Shown here piece after piece: positions 1 through 9,306 of a DNA stretch of 64,000 nt. Within the stretch, counting starts at the first letter, position 1, and every line of letters begins with the position of its first letter. The notes under the pieces are model-generated. The model made no database searches. It saw only the letters and a program-made list of their open reading frames with translations, and was not told the origin of the DNA. Made by a program: the position numbers and the translations under genes. This stretch comes from a bacterium (GTDB lineage Bacteria; UBA8248; JACPRG01; G963555815). The stretch is taken from the NCBI GenBank assembly GCA_963555815.3, contig CAUVWX020000002.1:256001-320000 (forward strand). Direction: 5' to 3'.

Positions 1-226
1 CGGCCGTGGGGCCGAGCCCACCCATCGTGATCACCACATCGGGGCCACGGGTCAGAGCTGAGCGCAGGGCCTGGGCGACATCTTCCACCCGATCCCTCAC
101 CAAAGAGGCGCCCGCCACGTTTCCTCCGAGGTCCTGGAGTTGCTGGCACACCCAGTGGGTGTTGGTATCGAGGACCTCTCCGGCCAGAATCTCGTTTCCG
201 ATGGTCAGGATTTCAACCTGAAACAA
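1..226 (-). CDS. CinA-like / molybdopterin-binding (MoCF_biosynth) domain protein, N-terminal part; runs off the window edge
   Basis: Own translation of the minus strand from TTG at 226: (M)FQVEILTIGNEILAGEVLDTNTHWVCQQLQDLGG...VRDRVEDVAQALRSAL...DVVITMGGLGPTA. This matches the CinA N-terminal motifs IGxE-L-G---DTN and GGLGPT. Not in the ORF track because it is open-ended. Confidence 0.85.
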   Translation of the reverse strand, partial: MFQVEILTIGNEILAGEVLDTNTHWVCQQLQDLGGNVAGASLVRDRVEDVAQALRSALTRGPDVVITMGGLGPTA

Positions 227-258
227 CTCCAGCGCCTCTCACGGGTCAGCGGTCCTTC

Positions 259-870
259 TCAGGGACGAGCGTCCGTGCGCCCCCAAAGGCCAATGCCTAC
301 TTCCTTGGCCTCTTGCTCCCAGAGCTTGAACTCGTCCTGAAGTTTGAAGGGGACCTCGAGGCTCACCCGGGCGAAACCCTTTTGGATGAGTGTTGCGTTC
401 AGCTGGCTACCGTCTTCTGTGAAGATGTAGACAAGGGGGCGCCCCTCTCGGTCGTGTCCCACCTTGTCGCGGAAGATGCGCACCCGCTTTCCCTCAAGGA
501 TGTTTCGCACGGCGGGTGTTGTCACCTCATCGAAAAACGCCGCGTACGTGTCCTGGCCCGCTCCGTGAGGGGGGAGGACTCCGATGAGACGGACCACGTG
601 GAGAGATTCGAGAGACAAGGTGGCCCCGTCAATTACCCGAATGACTTTAGCCCAAAAGTCCTTCTCTCCCTGGGGGTCCTCTCCTTCTGAAGGGGGACGG
701 GTGTGGTGAAACTCAGGAGGGAGCGGGCCTGAAGCTCCAGGGCGCGTCGGTGGGGAGGCCCCCGAGGTACAGCCCGCCAGGACCAAGAGAGAGAGAGACA
801 GCCCACACGTGATGGCCGCCGGAACCCGCTTGAAATTCCAGGACGAAGACCCTATCCACGCTGTCTTCAC
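259..870 (-). CDS. Thermonuclease (SNase)-fold lipoprotein with degenerate catalytic residues
   Basis: Lipobox LVLAGC, a Pro-rich linker, then SNase-like motifs VIRVIDGAT / VRLIGV / DREGRPLVYI / NATLIQKGFA / EAKEVGIGLW. Confidence 0.8.
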   Translation of the reverse strand: MKTAWIGSSSWNFKRVPAAITCGLSLSLLVLAGCTSGASPPTRPGASGPLPPEFHHTRPPSEGEDPQGEKDFWAKVIRVIDGATLSLESLHVVRLIGVLPPHGAGQDTYAAFFDEVTTPAVRNILEGKRVRIFRDKVGHDREGRPLVYIFTEDGSQLNATLIQKGFARVSLEVPFKLQDEFKLWEQEAKEVGIGLWGRTDARP

Positions 871-949
871 GAGGAGAACCCCCGAAAGAAATCCCCAACC
901 AATTCTTGTTTGATGATTTTAAACCCACCCGCTCGCATTTTAAAAGAAA

Positions 950-1025
950 TGGTGGCCCCAACGGGAGTCGAACCCGTGTTTCCGCCTTGAGAGGGCGGCG
1001 TCCTAGGCCACTAGACGATAGGGCC
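950..1025 (-). tRNA. tRNA-Glu (CTC)
   Basis: Reverse complement GGCCCTATCGTCTAGTGGCCTAGGACGCCGCCCTCTCAAGGCGGAAACACGGGTTCGACTCCCGTTGGGGCCACCA folds as a cloverleaf. Anticodon stem CCGCC/GGCGG, anticodon CTC, TTCGA T-loop, encoded CCA. Confidence 0.97.
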
Positions 1026-1056
1026 CACGAATGGGAAAAACCTTATGATCGCTAAA

Positions 1057-1130
1057 TGGCTGGGGAGCTAGGATTCGAACCTAGGTTTCCTGATCCAGAG
1101 TCAGATGTCCTGCCGCTGGACGACTCCCCA
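1057..1130 (-). tRNA. tRNA-Gln (CTG)
   Basis: Reverse complement TGGGGAGTCGTCCAGCGGCAGGACATCTGACTCTGGATCAGGAAACCTAGGTTCGAATCCTAGCTCCCCAGCCA. Anticodon CTG, U1-A72 pair, encoded CCA. Confidence 0.97.
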
Positions 1131-1193
1131 GCTGAAAAGGGTCCAGACGAATATCCCGAATCAACTAACTGACGGAAATCCCAAGGCCAAAAA

Positions 1194-1222
1194 AATATAT
1201 AGAACCCTTCTTCGCCCGTCAA
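1194..1222 (-). promoter_or_regulatory. sigma70-type promoter for the tRNA-Gln/tRNA-Glu pair
   Basis: Minus strand TTGACG-N17-TATATT, about 60 nt upstream of tRNA-Gln. Confidence 0.7.
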
Positions 1223-1231
1223 GGCCAGGGC

Positions 1232-2641
1232 CTAGTCCCCGGATTCGATGTGAGAGATGGCCCGATCCAGCCGGTTTACGGTCTCCTCTCGCCCGAGGAG
1301 AGATAGAACCTCGGTGATGGGGGGGCTGACCGTTCCCCCTGTCGCAGCCAATCGGGCCGGCTGGGCCACGGAGATCAACTTGATCCCCTCCTCCTGAACG
1401 ATCTCCTGAAAGGCGGCGTGGACGGCCTCGGGAGAAAATTCGGTGAGGGCCAGAAATTTCTGCCGAAGTTTCTGGAGCCGGGGCCGCGTCTCCGCGGTCA
1501 GGAATTTTTTGGCGCCCTTTTCTTCATACCCAAAATCCGACCGATAAAAATAGCGGATTGAGTGGGCCAGCTCCTTGAGGGTTCTCGAACGCTCCAGTAG
1601 GCAGGCGATCACCCGGGTCAGATGATTTTCGTCTTCCTCGGGGATTTTCAAGCCCTCCTCGGCGACGAAAGGTTTGAGAAGCGGAATGAGCGTTTGGGGG
1701 GAGAGACGGTTCATGTGCTGGGCGTTGACCCAGACGAGCTTCTCAGGATCAAAGATAGCAGGGGAGGTCCCCACGCTGTCCAGCCCAAAAAGTTTTTTGA
1801 GCTCGGCGGGACTAAAAATCTCTTGGTCGCCATGAGACCAGCCCAGGCGGATGAGGTAATTGATCAGGGCTTCCGGCAGAAAGCCCAGGTGACGATACTC
1901 TTGGACGGAAGTGGCCCCGTGGCGCTTGCTGAGCCGCTTTTTGTCTGTCCCCAGGATCATGGAGACGTGGGCGAATTCGGGGGGCTCCCAACCGAGGGCC
2001 CGGTAGATCAGGTCTTGACGGGGGGTGTTGGCCAGGTGGTCGTCCCCCCGGATCACGTGAGTCACCCGCATCTCCACGTCGTCCACCACGACAGCAAAGT
2101 TGTAGGTGGGGGTTTTATCGCTCCTCAAAATGATGAGGTCGTCGAGCTGAGAGTTCTCGAAAGTCACAGGGCCTCGCAGGAGGTCCTTGATAACGGTGCT
2201 CCCTTCACGAGGGGCCTTGATGCGCAGGGCAAAGGGGAGGGCCAGGGGCTCCTTCCGATCCCGACACCGGCCGTCATACCCGGGGGGGCGTTTCTCGGCC
2301 TCGGCCCTTTTTCGCATCTCCTGGAGCTCTTCGGGGGTGCAGTAGCATCGGTAGACTTTTTGCTCGTCAAGGAGACGCTCGGCATAGCGGACATAAATCT
2401 CCTGGCGCTCTGTTTGACGGTATAGTTCGTCCCAATCGAGCCCGAGCCACCGGAAGCCCTCCAGGATCTCCTGGATAGAGTCCTCCGTTGATCGCTCGCG
2501 GTCCGTGTCCTCGATGCGCAGGATGAAGGTGCCCCCGCAATGGCGGGCAAAGAACCAGTTGAAGAGGGCGGTTCTAAGACCCCCGATGTGAAGGAACCCG
2601 GTGGGGCTTGGGGCGAAACGGACGCGGACTTCCTGAGTCAT
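1232..2641 (-). CDS. gltX: Glutamate--tRNA ligase
   Basis: RFAPSPTGFLHIGG (HIGH), LRIEDTD, CYC...YDGRC, IRGDDH, KRLSKR (KMSKS). ATG at 2641 follows GAGAGGAG. Confidence 0.98.
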   Translation of the reverse strand: MTQEVRVRFAPSPTGFLHIGGLRTALFNWFFARHCGGTFILRIEDTDRERSTEDSIQEILEGFRWLGLDWDELYRQTERQEIYVRYAERLLDEQKVYRCYCTPEELQEMRKRAEAEKRPPGYDGRCRDRKEPLALPFALRIKAPREGSTVIKDLLRGPVTFENSQLDDLIILRSDKTPTYNFAVVVDDVEMRVTHVIRGDDHLANTPRQDLIYRALGWEPPEFAHVSMILGTDKKRLSKRHGATSVQEYRHLGFLPEALINYLIRLGWSHGDQEIFSPAELKKLFGLDSVGTSPAIFDPEKLVWVNAQHMNRLSPQTLIPLLKPFVAEEGLKIPEEDENHLTRVIACLLERSRTLKELAHSIRYFYRSDFGYEEKGAKKFLTAETRPRLQKLRQKFLALTEFSPEAVHAAFQEIVQEEGIKLISVAQPARLAATGGTVSPPITEVLSLLGREETVNRLDRAISHIESGD

Positions 2642-2777
2642 TCTCCTCTCCCGCAAAGATCTCTTACAGAAAAGCGTCCCCTCATCATTTTACTAAACCG
2701 CCCGGGCCAGCTTATAGGAAGGTCTTCCCATTTCCCTGAATTCCGGGGCACATCACACTCTATTCTATTGCGAGAGG

Positions 2778-3656
2778 TCAGAGAAGATAGCTTAAGATGG
2801 CGGGCGTGGTGCCGAGGCTGAGGAGGGTGCTGACCCAGACCGTCGAGGCGACGAGCTCTGGATTTCGGCTGAATTTCTCCGCTAGGATGAAGTTGATGAC
2901 TGCCGAGGGCATGCTGGACATGAGGATCAGAACCCCCCGTGTTGTCCCCTCTAGCCCGAACAGGGAAGTCAGCGCCACCGCCAGTGAAAACCCGCCACCG
3001 ATCCGAAGGAGGGCCGCCTGGGAGGCGATCCCTAAGGTCGCCATTCGCACTGAGACCAGACGGTAGCCGAGAGAGAAGAGCATCAGGGCGATGGCCATCG
3101 TCCCCAGGAGGTCGATGGGTCGTCGGACGAAGACCGGCAGTTCAACGCCAGAGAGGGAGATGATGATCCCTCCAAGGGCCGCATAGACGAGGGGGAAGCG
3201 GAAAATCTCCTTCCTGCCCTTCGAACCCAGACCCACAATCGCAAGGCCAAGGGTGTAATGAATGATGGCCGTGGTGGCAAAGAAGATGACCGCAAAGGCA
3301 AGGCCCTCCTCCCCGAAGGCGAAGAGGGCTAGGGCGAGGCCCATGTTTCCCGCGTTGGGGAACATGGTGGGGAGGTAGAGGCCCCGAAGGTCCTGCTTAA
3401 AGAAGCGGAGCCAGAGGGTGACGAGGAGGGCCATGGCGAGGATGACGAAGGCCGTGGAGCCGGCGATGACCCCGAGGCTTTTCAGCGGGAGATCGCTTCG
3501 CGCGAGAGCGCCAAAGGCGAGAGCGGGCGAGGCCACATAGAGGATGACGTCAGTCAGGGCGTTCAGGTCAATCTTCTTCAGGCGACCGAAGAGATAGCCC
3601 AGGGCAATGAGGCTGAAGACGGGAAAGACGACGGCGAAAACCTGTTGTGCGAGCAT
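2778..3656 (-). CDS. AEC (auxin efflux carrier-like) family membrane transporter
   Basis: About 10 hydrophobic segments with FPNAGNMGL and MPSAV motifs. Start placed at ATG 3656. Confidence 0.85.
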   Translation of the reverse strand: MLAQQVFAVVFPVFSLIALGYLFGRLKKIDLNALTDVILYVASPALAFGALARSDLPLKSLGVIAGSTAFVILAMALLVTLWLRFFKQDLRGLYLPTMFPNAGNMGLALALFAFGEEGLAFAVIFFATTAIIHYTLGLAIVGLGSKGRKEIFRFPLVYAALGGIIISLSGVELPVFVRRPIDLLGTMAIALMLFSLGYRLVSVRMATLGIASQAALLRIGGGFSLAVALTSLFGLEGTTRGVLILMSSMPSAVINFILAEKFSRNPELVASTVWVSTLLSLGTTPAILSYLL

Positions 3657-3796
3657 GGGCCGGTGGGTCCCCCCTCGAGGGCAAAAGAGAGCCGAGAAAT
3701 GATAGCCCCGGGTTCTTTCCAAGTCAAAATCGGCGCGTTGGCCACAAGTGCCATCCTTCTTTGTGTCCTTCCGACTCCGTTCGTTCCTTCCAGCGA

Positions 3797-5050
3797 ATGA
3801 CCCGGTCTCGAAGCCCCCTCAGCATCACCGGTTGGGTCTTTTACGACTTCGCCAACTCAGCCTTCCCAACCCTCATCGTCACCGTCGCTTACAGCGTTTA
3901 TTTCAGGGAGGTCGTTGTCCCCAAGGAGAGCGGCTTGGGAGATTTTTATTGGGGGCTGTCCATTTCCATCTCGATGCTCCTTGTGGCCGCCTCGGCCCCC
4001 ATCCTCGGAGCCATTGCCGACGCCTCGGGTGCAAAAAAACGCTTCCTTGGGGCCTACGCCAGCCTCTGCATCCTCTTCACCGGGCTTCTCCATTTTGTCC
4101 AGCAGGGGGACGTCCTGCTTGGGATCCTCTTCCTTGTTCTGGCCATCATCGGTTTTGAGGGGAGCCTCCCTTTCTACAACGCCTTCCTGCCGGAGATCGC
4201 CAAGAAGGAGGACCTCGGGAAGATCTCGGGTTACGGATGGGCGGTTGGATACCTGGGCGGACTCCTCTGCCTCTTCTGGGTGTTCCCACTCCTTCGGGGC
4301 GGGTTTTCTCCTGAAAATCTCTCCCAGTATCGCGCGATCTTCCCTCGAGTGGCCCTCTTCTACGCCGTCTTTTCTCTTCCCTTTTTCCTCTGGTTGCCCG
4401 AGCGAGCTCTTCCGGGCCCACGGGGTGGGTGGACCCAATATGCCCGCCAGGGGTGGGGGACGGTGAAGGAGACCTTCGCCCATATCCGGCGCCTGAAGAA
4501 CCTCTTTCGTTTTCTCCTGGCCTTCTTCCTCTACAGTGACGCGATTGCCACCGTCATCGCCTTCAGTGCTATCTACGCGGTGAGCACCCTTGGTTTCAGC
4601 ATGGCGGGCGTCACGATCCTTTTCATCGTCGTTCAGGCCTTCGCCTTTGTCGGAGCACTTGGGTTTGGCTTTGTGGTGGACCGTTTCGGGGCAAAGAGGA
4701 CCATCCTCTCCCTCCTTGTCCTCTGGTGCGCCGTGGTCCTGGGGGCCTTTTTCACCCAGACCCAGCCCCAATACTTCTTCGTGGCCGTGGTGGCGGGAAT
4801 CGGGCTCGGTTCTGTCCAGTCTGCGAGCCGAAGCCTGATGGCCCTCTTTATCCCGGAGGGGAAGAGCGGGGAATTCTACGGCTTCTACGGCGTCTGCGGA
4901 AAGATCTCGGCCGTCCTGGGGCCGATGACGTTCGGAATTGTCTCAACCCTGACCGGAAGCCAGCGGATCGCCATCCTCTCGGTGCTCGTTTTCCTTCTCG
5001 CGGGTATCGTCCTCTTGGCCGGTGTCCGGGTGGAACCCGTGAAGGATTGA
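3797..5050 (+). CDS. MFS transporter, UMF1/Atg22-like family
   Basis: GWVFYDFANSAF, PILGAIAD, FYNAFLPEIA, SGYGWAVGYLGG, QSASRSLM, EFYGFY; about 12 TM segments. Confidence 0.88.
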   Translation: MTRSRSPLSITGWVFYDFANSAFPTLIVTVAYSVYFREVVVPKESGLGDFYWGLSISISMLLVAASAPILGAIADASGAKKRFLGAYASLCILFTGLLHFVQQGDVLLGILFLVLAIIGFEGSLPFYNAFLPEIAKKEDLGKISGYGWAVGYLGGLLCLFWVFPLLRGGFSPENLSQYRAIFPRVALFYAVFSLPFFLWLPERALPGPRGGWTQYARQGWGTVKETFAHIRRLKNLFRFLLAFFLYSDAIATVIAFSAIYAVSTLGFSMAGVTILFIVVQAFAFVGALGFGFVVDRFGAKRTILSLLVLWCAVVLGAFFTQTQPQYFFVAVVAGIGLGSVQSASRSLMALFIPEGKSGEFYGFYGVCGKISAVLGPMTFGIVSTLTGSQRIAILSVLVFLLAGIVLLAGVRVEPVKD

Positions 5051-5094
5051 GGGATCGAGAAACATTATCTCAATGTCAAGACCGGCACAGCGCC

Positions 5095-5123
5095 TTGCTA
5101 TCGAAGGCCCTGGCCGATATAAT
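5095..5123 (+). promoter_or_regulatory. sigma70-type promoter for the lipoprotein-aspS unit
   Basis: TTGCTA-N17-TATAAT followed by AAGGAGG at 5130-5136. Confidence 0.7.
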
Positions 5124-5145
5124 TGAGGTAAGGAGGCTTGAAGCG

Positions 5146-5658
5146 TTGGGAGTAAATTCGCGGTGGATGTTGATCGGGATCGGCCTGACGGCGATGGGTC
5201 TCTGGGGTTGCGCAGGGCCCTCCCCATCCACCAAGGACCTCTACGGACTCCTCCAGGAGGAGCTGGACCGCTCTCCGCAAACCCAAGCCCTTCTTTCTCT
5301 CAGAGCCCATATGGGCGATCTCCTGACCTGTCCCCAGACGCTTGAGATCACCGGGCGGTACGCTTCCTGGGTGCCGCTGGAGGCCTGCGACCCCGAGGGC
5401 TTGAGGCACCGTCTCTTGTTTGAAGAGATCAAGGAGGTCAAGCTCATTCGGGAGAAGGTCCACCTGGGTCGGGACCTTCGCTGGGTCGAGGTTTTTCAGC
5501 GGGAGATCTCGACCCCGGTTGGACGGGGGCTTCAGGGCAGCCAATCGCGCGAGGCTATCCGCCGTCTGGAGTCCATCAAGGAGGCCTTGGAGCTCTTGGC
5601 CTTTGGAAAGAGCACGCCTAACCGCTGGTTGGAACACGCTCGCCCCTTTCTCTTTTAG
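5146..5658 (+). CDS. Hypothetical lipoprotein
   Basis: TTG start 9 nt after AAGGAGG; hydrophobic N-terminus with lipobox LWGC. Fills the gap between the MFS gene and aspS. No family recognised. Confidence 0.65.
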   Translation: MGVNSRWMLIGIGLTAMGLWGCAGPSPSTKDLYGLLQEELDRSPQTQALLSLRAHMGDLLTCPQTLEITGRYASWVPLEACDPEGLRHRLLFEEIKEVKLIREKVHLGRDLRWVEVFQREISTPVGRGLQGSQSREAIRRLESIKEALELLAFGKSTPNRWLEHARPFLF

Positions 5659-5676
5659 GGTGGGGGAGGGTTTTTA

Positions 5677-7458
5677 GTGACTGAATCCCACCCTGTCCCC
5701 CAGCGGACCCACTACTGTGGAGAGATCGGCCCGGCAGACGCGGACCACTCTGTCGTGCTGACGGGATGGGCGCAGGGAAGCCGGGACCACGGGGGGATCA
5801 TCTTTATTGACCTTCGGGATCGGACGGGCCTCGCTCAGGTCGTCGTCGACCCGAGCCGCTGCCCCGAAGCCCACGCCCTAGCCGAGAGTGTCCGAAGCGA
5901 ATATGTCCTCGCCGTCCAGGGGAAAGTGGCCCTTCGCCCCAAGGAATCGATCAACCGGAACCTGCCCACGGGGACCGTCGAGGTTTTCGTCGATTCCCTG
6001 CAGGTCCTCAACCCCGCCAAGACGCCTCCCTTTGCCATAGAAGACGGGGAGATCTCCGAAAGCCTTCGTCTGCAGTACCGCTATCTGGACCTTCGACGCC
6101 CCCAGGTCCAAAGGAACTTCCTCTTGCGCCACCGGGTGCTCCAGAGTGTGCGGGCCTTTCTCTCAAGGGAAGGTTTCCTGGAACTTGAAACCCCGATTCT
6201 GACTCGAAGCACGCCTGAGGGGGCGAGAGACTATCTCGTTCCAAGCCGCGTCAACAAGGGAAGGTTTTACGCCCTGCCACAATCTCCCCAGCTCTTCAAG
6301 CAGCTCCTTATGGTCTCCGGGTTCGACCGCTACTTTCAGATCTGCCGCTGCTTTCGGGACGAAGATCTGAGGGCGGACCGCCAGCCCGAATTCACACAGA
6401 TAGACGTAGAGATGTCCTTTGTGGAGCAGGAAGATGTCTTGGAAGTCATCGAGCGGTTGATGGCGGGGCTTTTTCAAAAGTGTCTCGGCGTCGAGATCGA
6501 AATTCCTTTTAAGCGTTATTCCTACAGGGAGGCGCTCGCTCTCTTTGGTTCAGACAAACCGGACCTCCGATACGAATCCTTGATGCAAGAGGACGTTACC
6601 GATCTTGTCAAGGACACGGAGTTCGAAATCTTCCGGAAGGTTATTAAAGCTGGCGGGAAGGTCAAGGGTTTCTCCGCGCCGCAACTCGCCACCCTGTCTC
6701 GAAAGAACCTGGATGATCTGACGAAGTTTGCCATCGAACGGGGGGCCGGGGGCCTGGCGTGGATGAAGGTAGAGGAGGGCGGTTTGACATCGCCCATCGT
6801 CAAGTTTTTTAAACAGGAAATGCTAGATGGTCTTCGGGATAAATTCGGGGCGAACACGGGCGACCTCCTGCTGATGGTCGCAGATCAACCCGCTGTCACG
6901 GATGAAGTCCTCGCTGCGCTCCGCGCCCACGTTGCGGATCTCTATCATCTGAAAACCAACCCCTTCGGGTTCGCCTGGGTGACAGATTTTCCTCTTCTGA
7001 AGCGGAACGAGGAGGAAAAGCGTTTTGAGGCGGTCCACCATCCCTTCACGGCTCCGGTGCCCGACGACGTCGCTCTCTTTGAGACTTCCCCGGAGCGCGT
7101 CCGCTCCCAGGCCTACGACCTCGTCCTGAACGGTCAAGAGATCGGCGGAGGGAGTATTCGGATCCATCAACGGGAAGTGCAGGAACGGATGTTCTCGGCC
7201 CTCGGCATTTCGGCCCAGGCGGCCAAAGAGAAATTCGGATTTCTCCTGGAGGCCCTGGAATACGGGACGCCCCCCCACGGTGGGATTGCCCTTGGCCTGG
7301 ACCGCATTGTGGCCATTATGGCGGGCGTGGATTCCATCCGGGATGTCATCCCCTTCCCCAAGACCCAGCGGGCCATCGACATGATGATGGACGCCCCGTC
7401 TCCGGTGGAGGAGGAGCAGCTTAAGGAGCTGGGGATCGATCTAAAACCTCCGGACTGA
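5677..7458 (+). CDS. aspS: Aspartate--tRNA ligase (possibly non-discriminating Asp/Asn type)
   Basis: RDHGGIIFIDLRD, RYLDLRR, STPEGARDYLVPSR, LPQSPQLFKQ, CFRDEDLRADRQPEFTQ, GAD insert, PPHGGIALGLDR. Confidence 0.98.
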   Translation: MTESHPVPQRTHYCGEIGPADADHSVVLTGWAQGSRDHGGIIFIDLRDRTGLAQVVVDPSRCPEAHALAESVRSEYVLAVQGKVALRPKESINRNLPTGTVEVFVDSLQVLNPAKTPPFAIEDGEISESLRLQYRYLDLRRPQVQRNFLLRHRVLQSVRAFLSREGFLELETPILTRSTPEGARDYLVPSRVNKGRFYALPQSPQLFKQLLMVSGFDRYFQICRCFRDEDLRADRQPEFTQIDVEMSFVEQEDVLEVIERLMAGLFQKCLGVEIEIPFKRYSYREALALFGSDKPDLRYESLMQEDVTDLVKDTEFEIFRKVIKAGGKVKGFSAPQLATLSRKNLDDLTKFAIERGAGGLAWMKVEEGGLTSPIVKFFKQEMLDGLRDKFGANTGDLLLMVADQPAVTDEVLAALRAHVADLYHLKTNPFGFAWVTDFPLLKRNEEEKRFEAVHHPFTAPVPDDVALFETSPERVRSQAYDLVLNGQEIGGGSIRIHQREVQERMFSALGISAQAAKEKFGFLLEALEYGTPPHGGIALGLDRIVAIMAGVDSIRDVIPFPKTQRAIDMMMDAPSPVEEEQLKELGIDLKPPD

Positions 7459-7578
7459 GCATCGACGCGGAGTTGAGGACCACCCCCTTTTGAGGATTTG
7501 CTGAACACCCTGGAGCGAACTATTTATCGTCGGTGGCAGGAGAAAGATGTCCTCTAAATCTCTCGGAGGCCAAATTTC

Positions 7579-8472
7579 GTGAAGGTTGGTCTGGTTGCCA
7601 TCGTCGGCAGACCCAACGTGGGCAAGTCCACGCTCCTCAATCGGGTCCTCGGCCGAAAGGTGGCCATCGTTACAAGAAAGCCCGGGACGACCCGTTTCAG
7701 AATAGTCGGGGTCCTGAACACCCCCCAGGCCCAAATCGTCTTCTTTGACACACCGGGTGCCCCCACCGTTAACTCCCTGTTGAACCGATACCTGAAGAAC
7801 GAGATCGAGAGGGCTCGCCACGGAGTTGATCTCGTCCTCTTCATGACGGACCCGGCCTCCAAAGCCCAGACTATGGATCAAGACGCCCGGATCCTCTCCG
7901 AGTCCACTTCCCCGGGGGCTCGGACCTATCTCCTGATCAACAAGGTGGATCGGATCCGAAAGGCAGCTCTTTTGCCCCTCATGGAGGCCTATCGGTCCCT
8001 TTTCCCCTTTCAGGAAGTTTTTCCCATTTCGGCCCAAACCGGCGAAAATGTCCCGGAACTTCTTCAATCCATCCAAAGTTTTTTGCCTGATGGCTCCCCC
8101 TACCACGCCCTCGACGCCCCGAGCGATCAGCCCGAAAGGGAGTTCGCCGCCGAGCTTATCCGGGAACAAATTCTTCGGACGACGGGACGGGAAATTCCCT
8201 ATGCCAGCGCCGTGAGGGTGGAGGCCATGGAGGCTTCTGCCGGCCGAAATCATCTTCAGATCTTAGCCACGATCTTCGTCGAGAAGGAGTCCCAGAAGCC
8301 CATCCTCATTGGGGCCGGGGGGCAGATGGTGAAGCGCATCGGGACAGCCGCCCGCCACTCCCTGGAGAAGGAACTGGGCGTCTCTGTCTATTTGGACCTT
8401 CAGGTCAAGGTCAGAAAGAATTGGAGTCAGGACGAGCGAGCCCTTCGGGAGCTTGGGCTCGCGCGGGGTTGA
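7579..8472 (+). CDS. era: GTPase Era
   Basis: GRPNVGKS, TTR, DTPG, NKVD, and a C-terminal KH domain (EIPY...ILIGAGG...IGTAAR...LQVKV). Confidence 0.95.
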   Translation: MKVGLVAIVGRPNVGKSTLLNRVLGRKVAIVTRKPGTTRFRIVGVLNTPQAQIVFFDTPGAPTVNSLLNRYLKNEIERARHGVDLVLFMTDPASKAQTMDQDARILSESTSPGARTYLLINKVDRIRKAALLPLMEAYRSLFPFQEVFPISAQTGENVPELLQSIQSFLPDGSPYHALDAPSDQPEREFAAELIREQILRTTGREIPYASAVRVEAMEASAGRNHLQILATIFVEKESQKPILIGAGGQMVKRIGTAARHSLEKELGVSVYLDLQVKVRKNWSQDERALRELGLARG

Positions 8473-8475
8473 AGG

Positions 8476-9215
8476 GTGCCCCTCTATCGAAGCAACGCCC
8501 TGATCCTTCGCAGGATAAACCTCGGAGAGGCCGACCGCATCCTCACCTTCTTCACGGAGGAGCAGGGCAAAATCCGGGCCGTGGCGAAGGGGGCCAGACG
8601 GGCCAAAAGCAAATTTGGAGGCACCCTAGAGCCCCTCACCTGCATCCACCTGGTCTACTTTGGGAAAGAGAATGCCGAACTCTACCGGGTCAATTCGGCG
8701 GACATTCTCCGAAGCTTCGATGGGCTCCGATCGGACCTGGAGAAATTAAAATACAGCCTCTTTCTCGTCGAGCTCATCGACAAACTCCTCAAGGAAAGAG
8801 AAACCCTCCCCCGATATATCGCTTGGCCCTGACGCTCCTTGGGGAGATCGAGACCGCCGGAAGGACTGTGGAGTACCTCATCCTCTTTCAGGCGAAGCTC
8901 CTCTCGGCTGTCGGTTACAGACCCAACCTCACCGAGTGCATAAAATGCGGCAAAGATCTCTTCGAGAAGGGAGGGGTCTTGAGAATAGGGGCACAGGGGA
9001 TCTCCTGCCCTGGCTGTTCCCCAGGCACCTCCGGCCGCCGCCTCTCCCCGGGCTCCCTTCGCTACCTGGACAGGGTTGTCACGCTGGACACCAAAAGGGC
9101 GATGAGGCTCTCAATTCCAAAGTCCCTTCGCGGTGAGATTCAGCGATTCCTCCTCGCCTACGTCATGGACCACAGCGGTGTACGGTTCCAAGTCCCGAAA
9201 TTCTTTGACCTCTAA
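8476..9215 (+). CDS. recO: DNA repair protein RecO; reading frame broken by a 1-nt deletion near 8808-8812
   Basis: N-terminal half (GEADRILTFFT...GKIRAVAKGARR.KS.FGGTLEP) is in ORF 8476..8832. The C-terminal half with the Zn finger (GYRPNLTECIKC...CPGC) is in the shifted frame ending at 9215. Confidence 0.9.
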
Positions 9216-9221
9216 AGCCTC

Positions 9222-9230
9222 TGATATAAT
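9222..9230 (+). promoter_or_regulatory. Extended -10 promoter element upstream of argS
   Basis: TGATATAAT (TGn-TATAAT) just after the recO stop. Confidence 0.5.
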
Positions 9231-9306
9231 CCCGAAGGGATGGTGGACCGTCTTCCAAGGCCCACCCATTTCTTTTCGATGACGAAACAGCGACAGGGTA
9301 TCGAAC

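Noticed and set aside
1..950. Genomic island integrated at the tRNA-Glu 3' end
   Set aside because: No integrase, no duplicated tRNA end in the window, and the downstream genes look compositionally native.
5082..5100. sigma54-like motif CCGGCACAGCGCCTTGCTA
   Set aside because: The GG-to-GC spacing is 11 nt rather than the strict 10, and TTGCTA is better explained as the -35 of a sigma70 promoter with TATAAT 17 nt downstream.
7547..7582. Short ORF MSSKSLGGQIS overlapping the era start, as a leader peptide or further frameshift
   Set aside because: era has its own GTG with GGAGG at normal spacing and a complete G1 motif, so nothing requires the upstream ATG.
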